From the NCBI GenBank assembly GCA_965112155.1, contig OZ218101.1: 64,000 nucleotides of DNA; one strand, 5' to 3'. The DNA comes from Podarcis liolepis (taxonomy: Eukaryota). Positions 37,741 through 48,670 of this stretch are shown here, one piece after another. The translations under genes and the position numbers were made by a program. A model generated the notes under the pieces. The model was not told the DNA's origin. It made no database searches and was given only the letters and a program-made list of their open reading frames with translations. Each line of letters starts with the position of its first letter. The stretch's first letter is position 1.

Positions 37741-38384
37741 CTCTAGTTCTTTGGAGAATGACCCTCTCCCCACTGCTTTTACAGTTCACATTTCCTACCT
37801 CTTAGCTGTGTTTCAAAGACAGCAGATGTTCTGAGTTACTTGCCCAGATTATTCACACATTCATTCTGGACTATGTTTGGGTTTTGGACCTGTTAACTGT
37901 GACAGGCTTGACCCCTGTGGATTCCTGAGCTCCAGCCCACCTTCTGAAAATGTAATGCAGTTTTAAAAAATTGTTCTCAAAATCTCAAAGCTACGTGCTC
38001 TTTCCTGTCCCCTCCACATTTTATGCTTGGATTTACAGAAGACTTTTTTGTCAGTCTCCTCCGGCGAATCGGCTTTCTGCACCACTCGGCCAGTCCTAAT
38101 CCAAATGTGTAGCTACAGCAAAGAGATCCCGCTTGTGTGTCCTAGCCGAAAATCCATGTGACTGATTGGAACGCCAGAAAGTCAGCCCTAGGAGGAAATC
38201 TCCTACTCCATCTGTTGTTATGAAGTCTGTCTAGCATATAACAGATGTGGGAGGACTCAAGACTGCTTCAAAAGCATCTCTATGTGGTAGCATTAGCCTT
38301 TCAAGAGCATGCATTGGTTCAGAACATGCACAGAGCTGTTTCCCAAAGGCCAAGAAGCAATAAGGAACTTCTTTTTCTTTAGTA

Positions 38385-38591
38385 CAGTGGTACTTCGGAA
38401 GTTAAATTGCAGAAGTCAGTTCGGCTTCCAAAACATTCGGAAACCAAGGCGCAGCTTCCGATTGCCACTGACGCCCCGTCGGACGTTCAGGTTCCAAAGA
38501 ACATTTGCAAACTGGAACACACTTCCGGATTTGCAGCATTCAGAAGCCAAAACGTTCAACTTGCAAGGTGTTCGGGAACCAAGGTACGACT
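38385..38591 (+). mobile_element. Tc1/mariner MITE family B (internally deleted)
   Basis: CAGTGGTACTTCGG...CCAAGGTACGACT. Confidence 0.8.
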
Positions 38592-40198
38592 CTTATTTGT
38601 TTTGTGACTTTGCTAAGAAAGAGATTGCAAAACAGTGTAAGCAAGAAACATAATATTTTTTTACATACCGGTAATAATTTTTGCATTTTTAAAAAATATT
38701 GGGAGGATAAATAGTGGATGACCTGTGTATGTTTTGCGACTAGTAGTGCAGCAATAAAACTGCTGTACATTTGCAAAGCTAAGCAGGGTCTAATATGGTT
38801 TCAAATAGATTGGGGAACCTCTTGTTGCAGGGATTGGTCTAGATTACATTTAGACTCAGTATGGAATTGGAATAAAAAAATGTTTTATTCATTTGTACCC
38901 ATATTAAAACTTGGACCTTAACTGTGTAGTGTTCTGGTAAATGCTCACATTTTTACTGAAAATGAAGATTAATATATAAAATACACAGCACTGATTGCAG
39001 AGTCTGAAAACTTCCTGGCACAATTTGGAAAGTCAGACGCCCTGTCAAAAAATGCTGAAAGATATCTGGTCAGGGAGTTGAATCACTCATCACTCTAATC
39101 ACATGCTAATGCCAAATGGATATGCATGACTCCTGCAACAAAATGTTTTACATTTTTTTTCTTCATTTAGTACATTAAATTGTTGGCGGTAGGATACAGA
39201 AATATAAAAACATAAAATCCATACTTAAACCACATCAAAACAAGAACAGTATTAAAAAAAATTAAAAAACAAGAACAATCCAGCAGCAGGAAAGAATCCA
39301 GATCACTATAGGATGCTTAATGCATAGAAATTGCAACGATAATGAATTTGCTCTCTGGAGGAAGAATTGCATTTTCCCAGAACACAAAACAAACTAATTT
39401 GCATTTCTTAGTTTGGGGATAAATGCATTCACAGCTTCCTAAACCAGCCTTTGCAGTGATTTAGGCAGTTTGCTTGTCAGAATCCGTAATGCTTTTTTTT
39501 GCTGTGTAAACAAGGGCCTAGGGTTGGGAAGTAGGAGATACAAGTTCCAGCCTCAAGGGAAAAGGAGGAAATGGCCTCTTTCACCTTTTGCATGCCTGCC
39601 CAAAAAACAGCCATGTGACAAGGAGGAGAGAGGAAGCACCCAGGACTCAAACCCACAGGACATATACTATACGGAGCAATTCCCTAGCCACTCAGCCACA
39701 ACAACAGACAGGAAACAGAGGCAGCATGGAGTATTTTGAGAGTATTTTGTGTTCTCCCAAGTTGCAACCCAGCAAGCATTCCTGCATCATGCGCTCCCCT
39801 GTGCTGTGCTGTTCCACCCCACTTTGGCTACCCCATTGATACATTTTGACCAACACAGCAGATGCACCAGCAGTGGTGTCCCACCAGCAAGCACATTGGG
39901 GCTTCCGCCCTATCCCATAGCCAGCACGTCTCCTTAATAGCGCTATGAATTCTTGATTTTGTAAATGGTCAAATTTCGCTAATTGGGGCAATAAGAGGAG
40001 ATGCCAGGCAAAGTGTAAAGATACAGGCTGTCACCAGCTCTCCTGTTCAGGAGAACAGATGATGGAGATGGCATCAAAGAACAAAGACGGGTGGTAGCAG
40101 GGTCAAAATGTGAGACATTCAGCATAAGGCGAGGAGGGTGAAGTTCTTCTCCCTCCCAGCCTTTCTTTCTCCTCTACTGGGTTTTGCACCTATTCGCC

Positions 40199-40532
40199 TA
40201 AAGGTAAAGGGACCCCTGACCATTAGGTCCAGTCGTGGCCGACTCTGGGGTTGCGGTGCTCATCTCGCTTTATTGGCCAAGGGAGCCGGCGTACAGCTTC
40301 CGGGTCATGGATGCGGGTGGCTCTGGGTTAAACCACAGAGCCTAGGACTTGCTGATCAGAAGGTTGGCGGTTCGAATCCCCGCGACGGGGTGAGCTCCCG
40401 TTGCTCGGTCCCTGCTCCTGCCCACCTAGCAGTTCAAAAGCGCCTCAAAGTGCAAGTAGATAAATAGGTACCACTCTGGCGGGAAGGTAAACGGCGTTTC
40501 CGTGTGCTGCTCTGGTCATGCGGGCCACATGA
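40199..40532. mobile_element. Sauria SINE with inverted 5' portion
   Basis: 40199-40308 is the SINE 3' part and tail on minus; 40309-40532 is the SINE 5' part on plus. Confidence 0.88.
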
Positions 40533-41227
40533 ACTTGTTAATCTTTAAAATAGGACTGTCATATTAGAAGGTTTCGCTTTCCTCTGTGCAAACACACAAA
40601 AGGCTCCTGTGTGCATTATTTACAAGTTAAAACTTTTGTAGCCTCCATGTGCATGACTGTGTACCTCAGTCCTGCTTGCAGAGACTGCTACACAAACAAC
40701 AGGACCCTGAGGGCTATTTCCCACCAGCCGCTGGGAGCTGCACCACACATGGAGTTTCCCTGCTGCACCAGAAGCGTGCCAATTCCGTGCCTGTGCGATG
40801 GGTGTTGCAATGAGAGCCTTCTGTGCCTCCTAGTAGGGCATGCACAGGCTAGGCCAGGCCTGAACTCTTGGCTCACTCATGCTTAGCGTTTATGCAAGGT
40901 TCAGCTGAAACCAAGCCACTCGTCCGCAAAGGAAGCTATTCCAGGGGAGGCTGATGGCACAACTTACCGTACTTATTTTTGTTTATTATTATTATTTATT
41001 AAATTTGTATACCGCTCTTTGTCTGAAGAGCCCAAGGTGGTTCACAACAGAAAAATGCAACATGAGAAATACAAAATACACGATAAAACTGTCAGGGTTC
41101 AAAACTAATGATCCTGACACACAGATAAAAGTTATGAGGAGTAATGTTAGTGAATGCAGCTGCCAGTGAAGTCTTCAGGTTTCTGGTGCAGATACAGAGT
41201 TGAAATGGTAGGTCCAAACAGTTACAC

Positions 41228-41554
41228 TGAGTCTCTTGGGCTTGCTGATTGGAAGGTCGGCGGCTCGGATCCCCACTGTTGCTCTATCCCAGCTCCTGCC
41301 AACCTAGCAGTTCAAAAGCACACCAGTGCAAGTAGATAAATAGGTGCCGCTGCGACAGGAAGGTAAACAGTGTTTCCGTGCGCTCTGGCACTTGTCATGG
41401 TGTCCCGTTGCACCGGCAGTGGTTTAGTCATGCTGGTCACATGACCCGGAAAGCTGTCGGTGGACAAATGGCTTCCTTGGTCTGAAAAGTGAGATGAGCG
41501 CCGCACCCCGTAGTCGCCTTTGACTGGACTTAACCATCCAGGGGTCCTTTGCCT
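41228..41554 (+). mobile_element. Sauria SINE, older and 5'-truncated
   Basis: Diverged body; TSD AACAGTTACAC. Confidence 0.82.
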
Positions 41555-43150
41555 AACAGTTACACAAATACAGAGGAACAGAAACAGATATAGGAAAACC
41601 CAGTAACAAAAATGCTATTTGATAAAAAGTGGTTGGGGCAGGTTTTCTAGGGGAGTTGTAGCAGAAATAGGCCCCAAGTTCTTCTTATGAATAAAGTTTT
41701 AAGAATTTCCCTTGACAGCTTTTTTTTTTTAAATCAGACACAAACCATTGTGTAGCTGTCTGCTTTCTCTCTTTTTTTGTCCTGACACCTCAACTCTTTT
41801 GCAGCTTAAATTAAAATCCAACCTGAAAGGGTGAGGGGAGAAATCATTTTCTCCCATCCCCACAAATATACGATTCCAATATTTCTTTGAAAAAACCCAT
41901 TTTATTTGGAGCATGATCCACATCCCATTTCTAGAATACTGACACACTCGTTTATTTTAAAGAGTTTTTTAATCATATGGAAAATTTTCCAGCATGTATT
42001 TGGTACATTTCTGGTTCCTGCAAAACCTTGCAAAGCATGAAAGCAACACCTAAGCCTCCAGAGAATTAGCTATAAATTTCAACATGCCATTATTTACATT
42101 TAGTGTAATGTCTCTCATTGTATATGTACCAACTGATTTCTTCAGACAGACTCATCTGCGAGTTCCCAAAAATAGCTCTCATAAAAGCCATGTACTGAAG
42201 AATGATTTATTATCATGGGCTGTACAAAAATAGGGCAAGATTACATTTAGTATATTGACAAGAGTTATGTCCGTGATCTGTTCGACTTCCTTTTTGATTC
42301 ATTGCCAAGGTTCTGTCTGATCCTTATTAGAGACCGACCTTATGTATTGAATTCAGCCAGCTGGCTTAAGAAATAGCCAGAACATAAGAGATGTGATTTA
42401 TCATGCCACTGTCTGAGATCTATGCATTCAAATTATGTGTTTACCCAGAAAATTGAATCCTCCAAAGTAGCCTGGTAATTAAATATTCTTCTATGTTTTG
42501 CCCCTCATCTGTACTCGCATTTTCAAACAAATTGTTTTAAATGCTGGGTTAGTGTCTAAATAATCACATTACTATCTTGCTGACCATGTGCTATGTAAAG
42601 CACAGCAAATTCCTCATACTCAAAAAAACACTTTTGTTATTCCAATGTAGTACTTTTGCTTTAAGAGTATTTATTCAAGGCAGCAAACTGGTACAGGAAG
42701 CAAAAATAAATGCTATGCAGTTGTCCCTTGAAAGCAGCCTCCAATGTTCCGGTGCTGGGTATGAATTCAGAATAAATTGTGTAGGAAACCTCCACCCAAT
42801 GGCTCACCACTGACACACCAGAGCAGAAAATGCCCATTTCATAAAGTCATCTTTGTCCTGAAACCATTATGTACCCAACTGTCTCCCAAGTCAAGTCTTA
42901 TTCTCTACTGGGTTTATATCCTCTGATCTAACTGTAGAAATGCTACATTCCCTCTTAGCTACAAAGCTAATCCTTTTAAGGCTCTGAACAGTTCATGAGT
43001 TATCTGCTCCTGCAGTCACTAGTTGATATTCTTTGCATCTGCTGTACTTTGGATTTATCGCTGGTGACTAGAAACTGGAGACAGCATTCCAGTAAAAGCC
43101 TCATCGGTGCCTTGTATAAGATTATAATACTTCCATGGCTGTAGCTGAAT

Positions 43151-43278
43151 TCATGGAATCATAAGGGACCACTGGGATCATCTAGTCCAACCCCCTGCAG
43201 TGCAGGGATCTTTTGCCCAATGTGGGGCTTGAACCCACAACCATGAGATTGAGTCTCAAGCTCTACCAACTGAGCTAC
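43151..43278 (-). mobile_element. tRNA-Lys-derived SINE with CR1 3' tail
   Basis: GTAGCTCAGTTGGTAGAGCTTGAGACTC...GGGTTCAAGCCCCACATTGGGC followed by GGTTGGACTAGATGATCCC. Confidence 0.75.
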
Positions 43279-43345
43279 ACCTAATGTACCCAGGAAATGT
43301 CTTTTTGGCAGCTATCTCCCACTCACAGCCAACAATGCAATATCT

Positions 43346-43843
43346 TCTTTCTTTCTTTGGCGATCAGTCATAGCTGAGTAAGGTTGTCTTCCACAAACAC
43401 GGTTTTAACAGTGAGTCCGTAAGTGACTGTGGAGGCCAATTCTGGATCCACATGTCCTTCGACAGTGGGGACATTGGTTTCTGGGCAGGAATTGTACACG
43501 GTGTGGATTTGCCAAGCGTGCCTTCCTCTTAGCACGTTTCTCCCTTGCATCCTGAGTTCGAGTGTCTTCAAAGCCCATGATACCTTTGGTAAAGGCTGTT
43601 CTCCAACTGGAGCGCTCACAGACCAGTGTTTCCCAGCTGTCAGTGTTTATGCTACATCTTTTTTAGATTTGCCTTGAGACAGTCTTTAAACCTCTTTTGT
43701 TGTCCACCAGCATTATGTTTTCCATTTTAAAGTTCAGAATAGAGTAGTTGTTTTGGAAGACGATCATCAGGCATCCGCACAACATGACTAGTCTAACGAA
43801 GCTGATGTTGAAGAATCATTGCTTCAACACTGGTGATCTTTGT
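43346..43843 (-). mobile_element. RTE-clade LINE 3' fragment (non-BovB type with C-terminal C2H2 finger)
   Basis: Degenerate translation ...VRMPDDRLPKQLLYSEL...GGQQKRFKDCLK...CPHCRRTCGSRIGLHSHLRTHC*; (AAAG)n tail; 11-bp TSD ATGCAATATCT at 43335-43345 and 43844-43854. Confidence 0.85.
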
Positions 43844-43859
43844 ATGCAATATCTATGTA

Positions 43860-44086
43860 CAGTGGTACCTCTGGATGTGAGCGGGATCCGTTCTGGAACC
43901 CCATTCGCATCCTGAAGCCGTGTCTGCGGGCCGTGATTTGCCACTTCCGCGCATGATGTCATTTTGAGCGTCTGCGCATGCGCGAGCAGAGAAACCCGGA
44001 AGTAACGTGCTCTGTTACTTCCAGGTCGCCGCGGAGCGCAACCCGAAAATGCTTAACTTGAAGCTACTTCAACCCGGGTATGACTG
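43860..44086. mobile_element. Tc1/mariner MITE family C
   Basis: TA-CAGTGGTACC...GGTATGACTG-TA; CpG-rich core. Confidence 0.78.
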
Positions 44087-44652
44087 TATATCTAGAAGCA
44101 AGCACTACTGAGGTCAATTGGACTCTCAGATAAGTGATTATAGGATAGCCTCAGTGATATTGCAGCTGCCTAGGACCAGCAGGCTATGCATAATTTATTT
44201 CATCCTTCATCAACGAAAATATTTTGTTTCCTTGCTGCATCAGGATGTCGTTCTGGATTCTTTTTGCAAATATCCAGATATTCTATGCAAGAACCCAGAA
44301 TGTGCAATAAATCTTGCTTAGATACAAGACTTAACATGTGATATTTATTCTCTTTTGAACTTTTTTTTGAAGGTAAAAGATAGCTTCCTCATCACTTGCA
44401 GCAGGAAGAACAGGAACATACATATTGTGTAGAATGGCCCAGAAGTACCAGCAGCCAAATTAACTGTAACAAATAACATTTAGAGGACCAGAGATTGCAG
44501 ACATCTTGCTTTAGAAGTGTAACTATTACTGAAGATGATGTAGAAATGTTGCTAGTTAGCCATATAGGAAATACAATGGAATAGGAAAAAGCTGCATTTA
44601 ATAAAAATATGTAATTTTAATTCCCGCCTCTCCCTTGAAGTGGCTTTAAATA

Positions 44653-45143
44653 CAGTCGTACAGTGGTACCTCTGGTTACAGATGCTTCAGATTACAGACA
44701 CTTCAGGTTACAGACTCCACTAACCCAGAAATAGTACCTCGGCTTAAGAACTTTGCTTCAGGATGAGAACAGAAATTGCACGGTGGCGGCGCAGCGGCAG
44801 CAGGAGGCCCCATTAGCTAAAGGGGTACCTCAGGTTAAGAACAGTTTCAGGTTAAGAAGGGACCTCCATAATGAATTAAGTTCTTAACCCGAGGTACCAC
44901 TGTACCTTGTTTTTCGAACAGCTTAGTTCAAGAACAACTCAGAACTCAAACTTCACAAACCCAGAAGCAGGTGTTCTGGTTTGCGAACTTTGCCTTGGAA
45001 GCTGAACGTCCTGTGCGGCTTCCAAGGCTTCTGATTGGCTGCAGTACGCTCCTGCAGCCAATTGGAAGCCACGCCTTGGTTTCCGAATGCTTTGGAAGTT
45101 GGACTTCCAGAACGCATTCTGTTCAAAAACCAAGGTACGACTG
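44653..45143 (-). mobile_element. Tc1/mariner MITE family B (reverse; interrupted by a family A copy)
   Basis: TA-CAGTCGTA...CCAAGGTACGACTG-TA. Confidence 0.85.
44661..44902 (+). mobile_element. MITE family A, copy 12 (nested in the TIR of a family B copy)
   Basis: CAGTCGTA[MITE A]TACCTTG. Confidence 0.9.
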
Positions 45144-45360
45144 TATAAGGGTTATAAAAACACAATCACTACACACATTTACACAGAAAAGTCATGTTTT
45201 GTACTTATTTTAATCAGCATTCACCCTCCACAATCTTTCTTTGTAGCAAAAGGTTACATTGATACATTGAGAGCAGGAAAACAGTATGTTACATTCATGA
45301 GTATAGCATTTTAATTAATATACAATTGAAATTTTCAAAAATAATGAACTATATGCATAA

Positions 45361-45366
45361 TTTATT
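45361..45366 (-). terminator. Probable GCC2 polyadenylation signal AATAAA (3' UTR about 45340-47720)
   Basis: TTTATT on + at the end of an AT-rich 2.4-kb stretch downstream of the stop with no recognisable TE; TEs resume just beyond it. Confidence 0.55.
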
Positions 45367-47720
45367 CACAGTCTGAAACAATAAAAACAGAATTTCAAAT
45401 GACTTCAAAAAAGAGGAAAAGTGTTTTGTCACAGCTGTTAATAACATTGAAAATCGTATCCCTACCTGCAATCAGTAGCGAGGATTCAGTCAAGCTAATG
45501 TGAAAACGGTGAAGAAAGTGCAGGGACAATTTCCTGCTCGGTTTAAATATCTGAACGTACACGGCAGAACATAAAACAAGACATCCAACTCTTAACTATT
45601 GCTGTAGAGCTCACATTAGGGGGGAAATGATGTACCACTTACACTGCTGCAGTGAAATAAATTAACGCTCACAGATTTAAAACGTAAAAAATTAAGGCAT
45701 GGCTGTGCTCTGAAAACAGACCGTTACTGAAGCTGTGCAAAGGTATTTCTAATTAGCCATAGTGAATGAAAGCTATGTGTAATTATTGGTGAGAAACGGT
45801 TCAAGTGTTTCATATACCTAACAACGGAGCTGGCCGTTTCTGCTTTCTAAATTACAGATGGTAGTCAGTGTAGGTGGTAAAATATCTTAAGCTGATCAGA
45901 GTAGCTGTGTTCTCATATTACCCTTTAAGAACAGGTGCATTCATCTGTTTTACTCCGATGTCTGAAAATGCATGCTACTATCTTTACAGAACATAACAAC
46001 ATTTGGGCAACCGTATCTTGGCTCAACAAACTGAAATATGGATGGGTCTTTTGTCCACGCACACAGCCCCTTCACATTTCCCTTTCTGCATGCTGGAATA
46101 CAAAACGGGAAGTCTTCTTTTAACTTCAATTCACTTGAGAGAGAAGCAGCTAGCTACCTTAAGAAGTCAGCCGCTTCTATTCTTTCTAGCGCCTGAATGA
46201 GTTGGCACATAATCAATGAATATCGAATGCACTGCACGCACATCAAAGCAGTTTAAAATGAACTTATACGAACTTATGCAGCAACCTTCTCCAGACCTTC
46301 CACTTTTAAGTCTCAACTCATCTCTCACTTATTAGTAGCAGAGGGAATAACTGGACTTGTAGCATATAGTGGACAGCTGAGCAGATGAATAATGAAGCAG
46401 GGCTCACATACCAAGAAAAGAACCCTAAAGATTGGCATGGCTGTTCTGTAAGAAACCTTGTTTTCAGTGTTAGCTGAAAGCACTTGAAAGCCAAAAAAGG
46501 AAGGGTAGAAACACTGCGGGAGAACAAGTTACCCAAATTCTCACGATTACCGAGACTAGTTTTAGAAAGTAATTGTTCTGCTTCTAGAATTGTGTTAAGC
46601 AGATGTACAAGGCAACGTGAAGTATGGACCCCTTATTAAGTGGTAAAAATGCACCTTTCCTTGGAAGAGCAGCCTAGCTAGAAATTACACAGACCTGACC
46701 CTTTCCAGAGAGCCTTCATCTTCGATGACCACTGACAATTATATTTAGAATTCACAACCTTCAGCAAACTCAATCCTATTTTAGGATCTTCCCTTTCAGT
46801 AAATTCGTGAGTAGCATAATCATCGACGTCGGCGGCTACTTAAGAATCAGTACAATGCATTTCCCAATCTTTTAATTTAACGAAGTTTTCCCCCGTTTCG
46901 TTTTTGAAATGTCACTTTCTAAAGCGTCTTGTTCTTGGTGCTCATTAGCTAATGACTTTAATGCAGAATTCAAGAGGGTATATGACACACAGCAAAATGC
47001 CGAACACTAGATATTACCTTATTAAGCTTGAGAAATCACTAAATGAGTTTGGCAAGATTCCTAGAATTGAATAAATTGAATGTAGGGCAGACAGCCAGAT
47101 TTTTTAAAAAAAATTCTGTATGCCCCTCTTTCCTTTTGAAAGACATAAGCAATTCATAAGCTATGTCTTAAAGTACTTTGACGAGAAAAAGCATGCTTCT
47201 GATGCTGCTGGTCATAAGGAGGTAGTGATTTGAACAACAAAACTGGAAAACACGTGGTCAGACCTGTCAACTTGAGTCTGATACTCACCAACTTGTATTG
47301 TGCATTTTTTTTCCTGGATAAATAAAAAATGAAGATGTCTGCTGAAGTCGGACACCCCAAACCAGAGTTCCAGTGTACATAAGGTATTTCTCCAAGTGAT
47401 GGGAGAGGGCAGCTCCAGACACACACAAATGTGGAGCAGATCTTTCAGATTGGAGAGCTTAACAGATGTACAAGACCTCGCATACCTGTAGCCAAAGGCA
47501 GTAAAGGGGACCCAAACCTGAAAGCAGAATTCGTTGTTCACACGTCTTCTACAATCCTTAGTCAAAAATCAAGTTACCTGCTTAAAATGGCCAAAAGAGA
47601 AAACGACACAAGCTATCCTGGGGCTACACATATATATGCTTCATTCTTCAGTGTTGGGATTCTTCCCAGTGCAATTGCAAACTCTGAACGTTTGAACAAA
47701 TGAGAAGTCTTATCACAGTC

Positions 47721-47791
47721 TTATCGCAGTCCTGACCAGCTGTGCAAGTATGACGCCCAGCCTGAAGGTTGCGATGTGCTCTCTTCCTCAC
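47721..47791 (-). CDS. GCC2: GCC2 terminal coding exon (GEEESTSQPSGWASYLHSWSGLR*)
   Basis: ag|GT GAG...CGA TAA; matches the conserved GCC2 C-terminus. Confidence 0.95.
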
Positions 47792-47993
47792 CTTAAGAAA
47801 AACACACAAAAATCCTTTAAATATGAGCCAATACAGGTTTTCAATAGCACAACTAAAAGCATGATTTAAATGGCATGTCTATTAATTGTGCCTTAAAATG
47901 TGGATATCAAATCTGACTTGAGTCAAAAGCTACCCATACAAAACGTATAGTTAAGCAAGAATCGGCCATGGAACACTTTCTTGCAGGATCTAG

Positions 47994-48163
47994 GAATGAC
48001 AGAATTGTAGGTGCAGAACCACATAATTGTAGAGTTGGAAGGGACCCCGTAGGGTCATCTAGTCCCACCCCAGCCCCCCCATAATGCAGAAATTTTCTGC
48101 CCAACGTGGGGCTCAAGCACACGATCCTGAGAGTAAGAGTCTCATGCTCTACCGACTCAGCCA
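47994..48163 (-). mobile_element. tRNA-Lys-derived SINE with CR1 3' tail
   Basis: CTGAGTCGGTAGAGCATGAGACTCTTACTCTCAGG...GCCCCACGTTGGGC followed by GACTAGATGACCC...TTCCAACTCTACAATT. Confidence 0.75.
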
Positions 48164-48186
48164 TGGATAGTATAGCCATGTTAGTA

Positions 48187-48418
48187 CAGTGGTACCTCGG
48201 GTTCCATACGCTTCAGGTTACAGACTCTGCTAACCCAGAAATATTACCTCGGGTTAAGAACTTTCCTTCAGGATAAGAACAGAAATTGTGCTCCGGCGGT
48301 GCGGCAGCAGCAGCAGCAGGAGGCCCCATTAGCTAAAGTGGTGCTTCAGGTTAAGAACAGTTTCAGGTTAAAAACGGACCTCCGGAACGAATTAAATACT
48401 TAACCCGAGGTACCACTG
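48187..48418 (+). mobile_element. MITE family A, copy 13
   Basis: TIRs plus TA TSD; in the last intron of GCC2. Confidence 0.9.
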
Positions 48419-48480
48419 TATTATTTTCAGATCAAAAGTTGTGTTCACACATTGCTGAACATGCACCCCCCCAAAAAACC

Positions 48481-48544
48481 CGCTGACCTTCTGATCGGCA
48501 AGTCCTAGGCTCTGTGGTTTAACCCACAGCACCACCCGTGTCCC
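48481..48544 (-). mobile_element. Sauria SINE 5' head fragment
   Basis: CTGACCTTCTGATCGGCAAGTCCTAGGCTCTGTGGTTTAACCCACAGCACCACCCGTGTCCC. Confidence 0.8.
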
Positions 48545-48545
48545 T

Positions 48546-48670
48546 AGTTACATGTTATAGTTTACATTAAAAAACATTTAAGAAAGAAGCTACCAGTGAC
48601 AATTTTAATGTAAAGTTACATGTTATAGTTTACATTAAAATTGTCACTGGTAAATTGTTTCTTAGATGTT
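48546..48670. repeat. Combined 27-bp direct repeat and 24-bp perfect (about 42-bp imperfect) inverted repeat
   Basis: Direct: 48546-48572 = 48614-48640. Inverted: 48591-48614 vs 48629-48652, 14-nt loop. Confidence 0.9.

Noticed and set aside
31630-48163. tRNA-Asn and tRNA-Lys-like sequences as functional tRNA genes
   Set aside because: The stems are degenerate and the sequences are fused to CR1 tails, so they are SINE heads.
2249-48418. Recurring TCAGGTTA-rich repeats resembling a CRISPR or regulatory array
   Set aside because: They are dispersed TIR/TA-flanked MITEs. There is no repeat-spacer periodicity, there are no cas genes, and the context is vertebrate.
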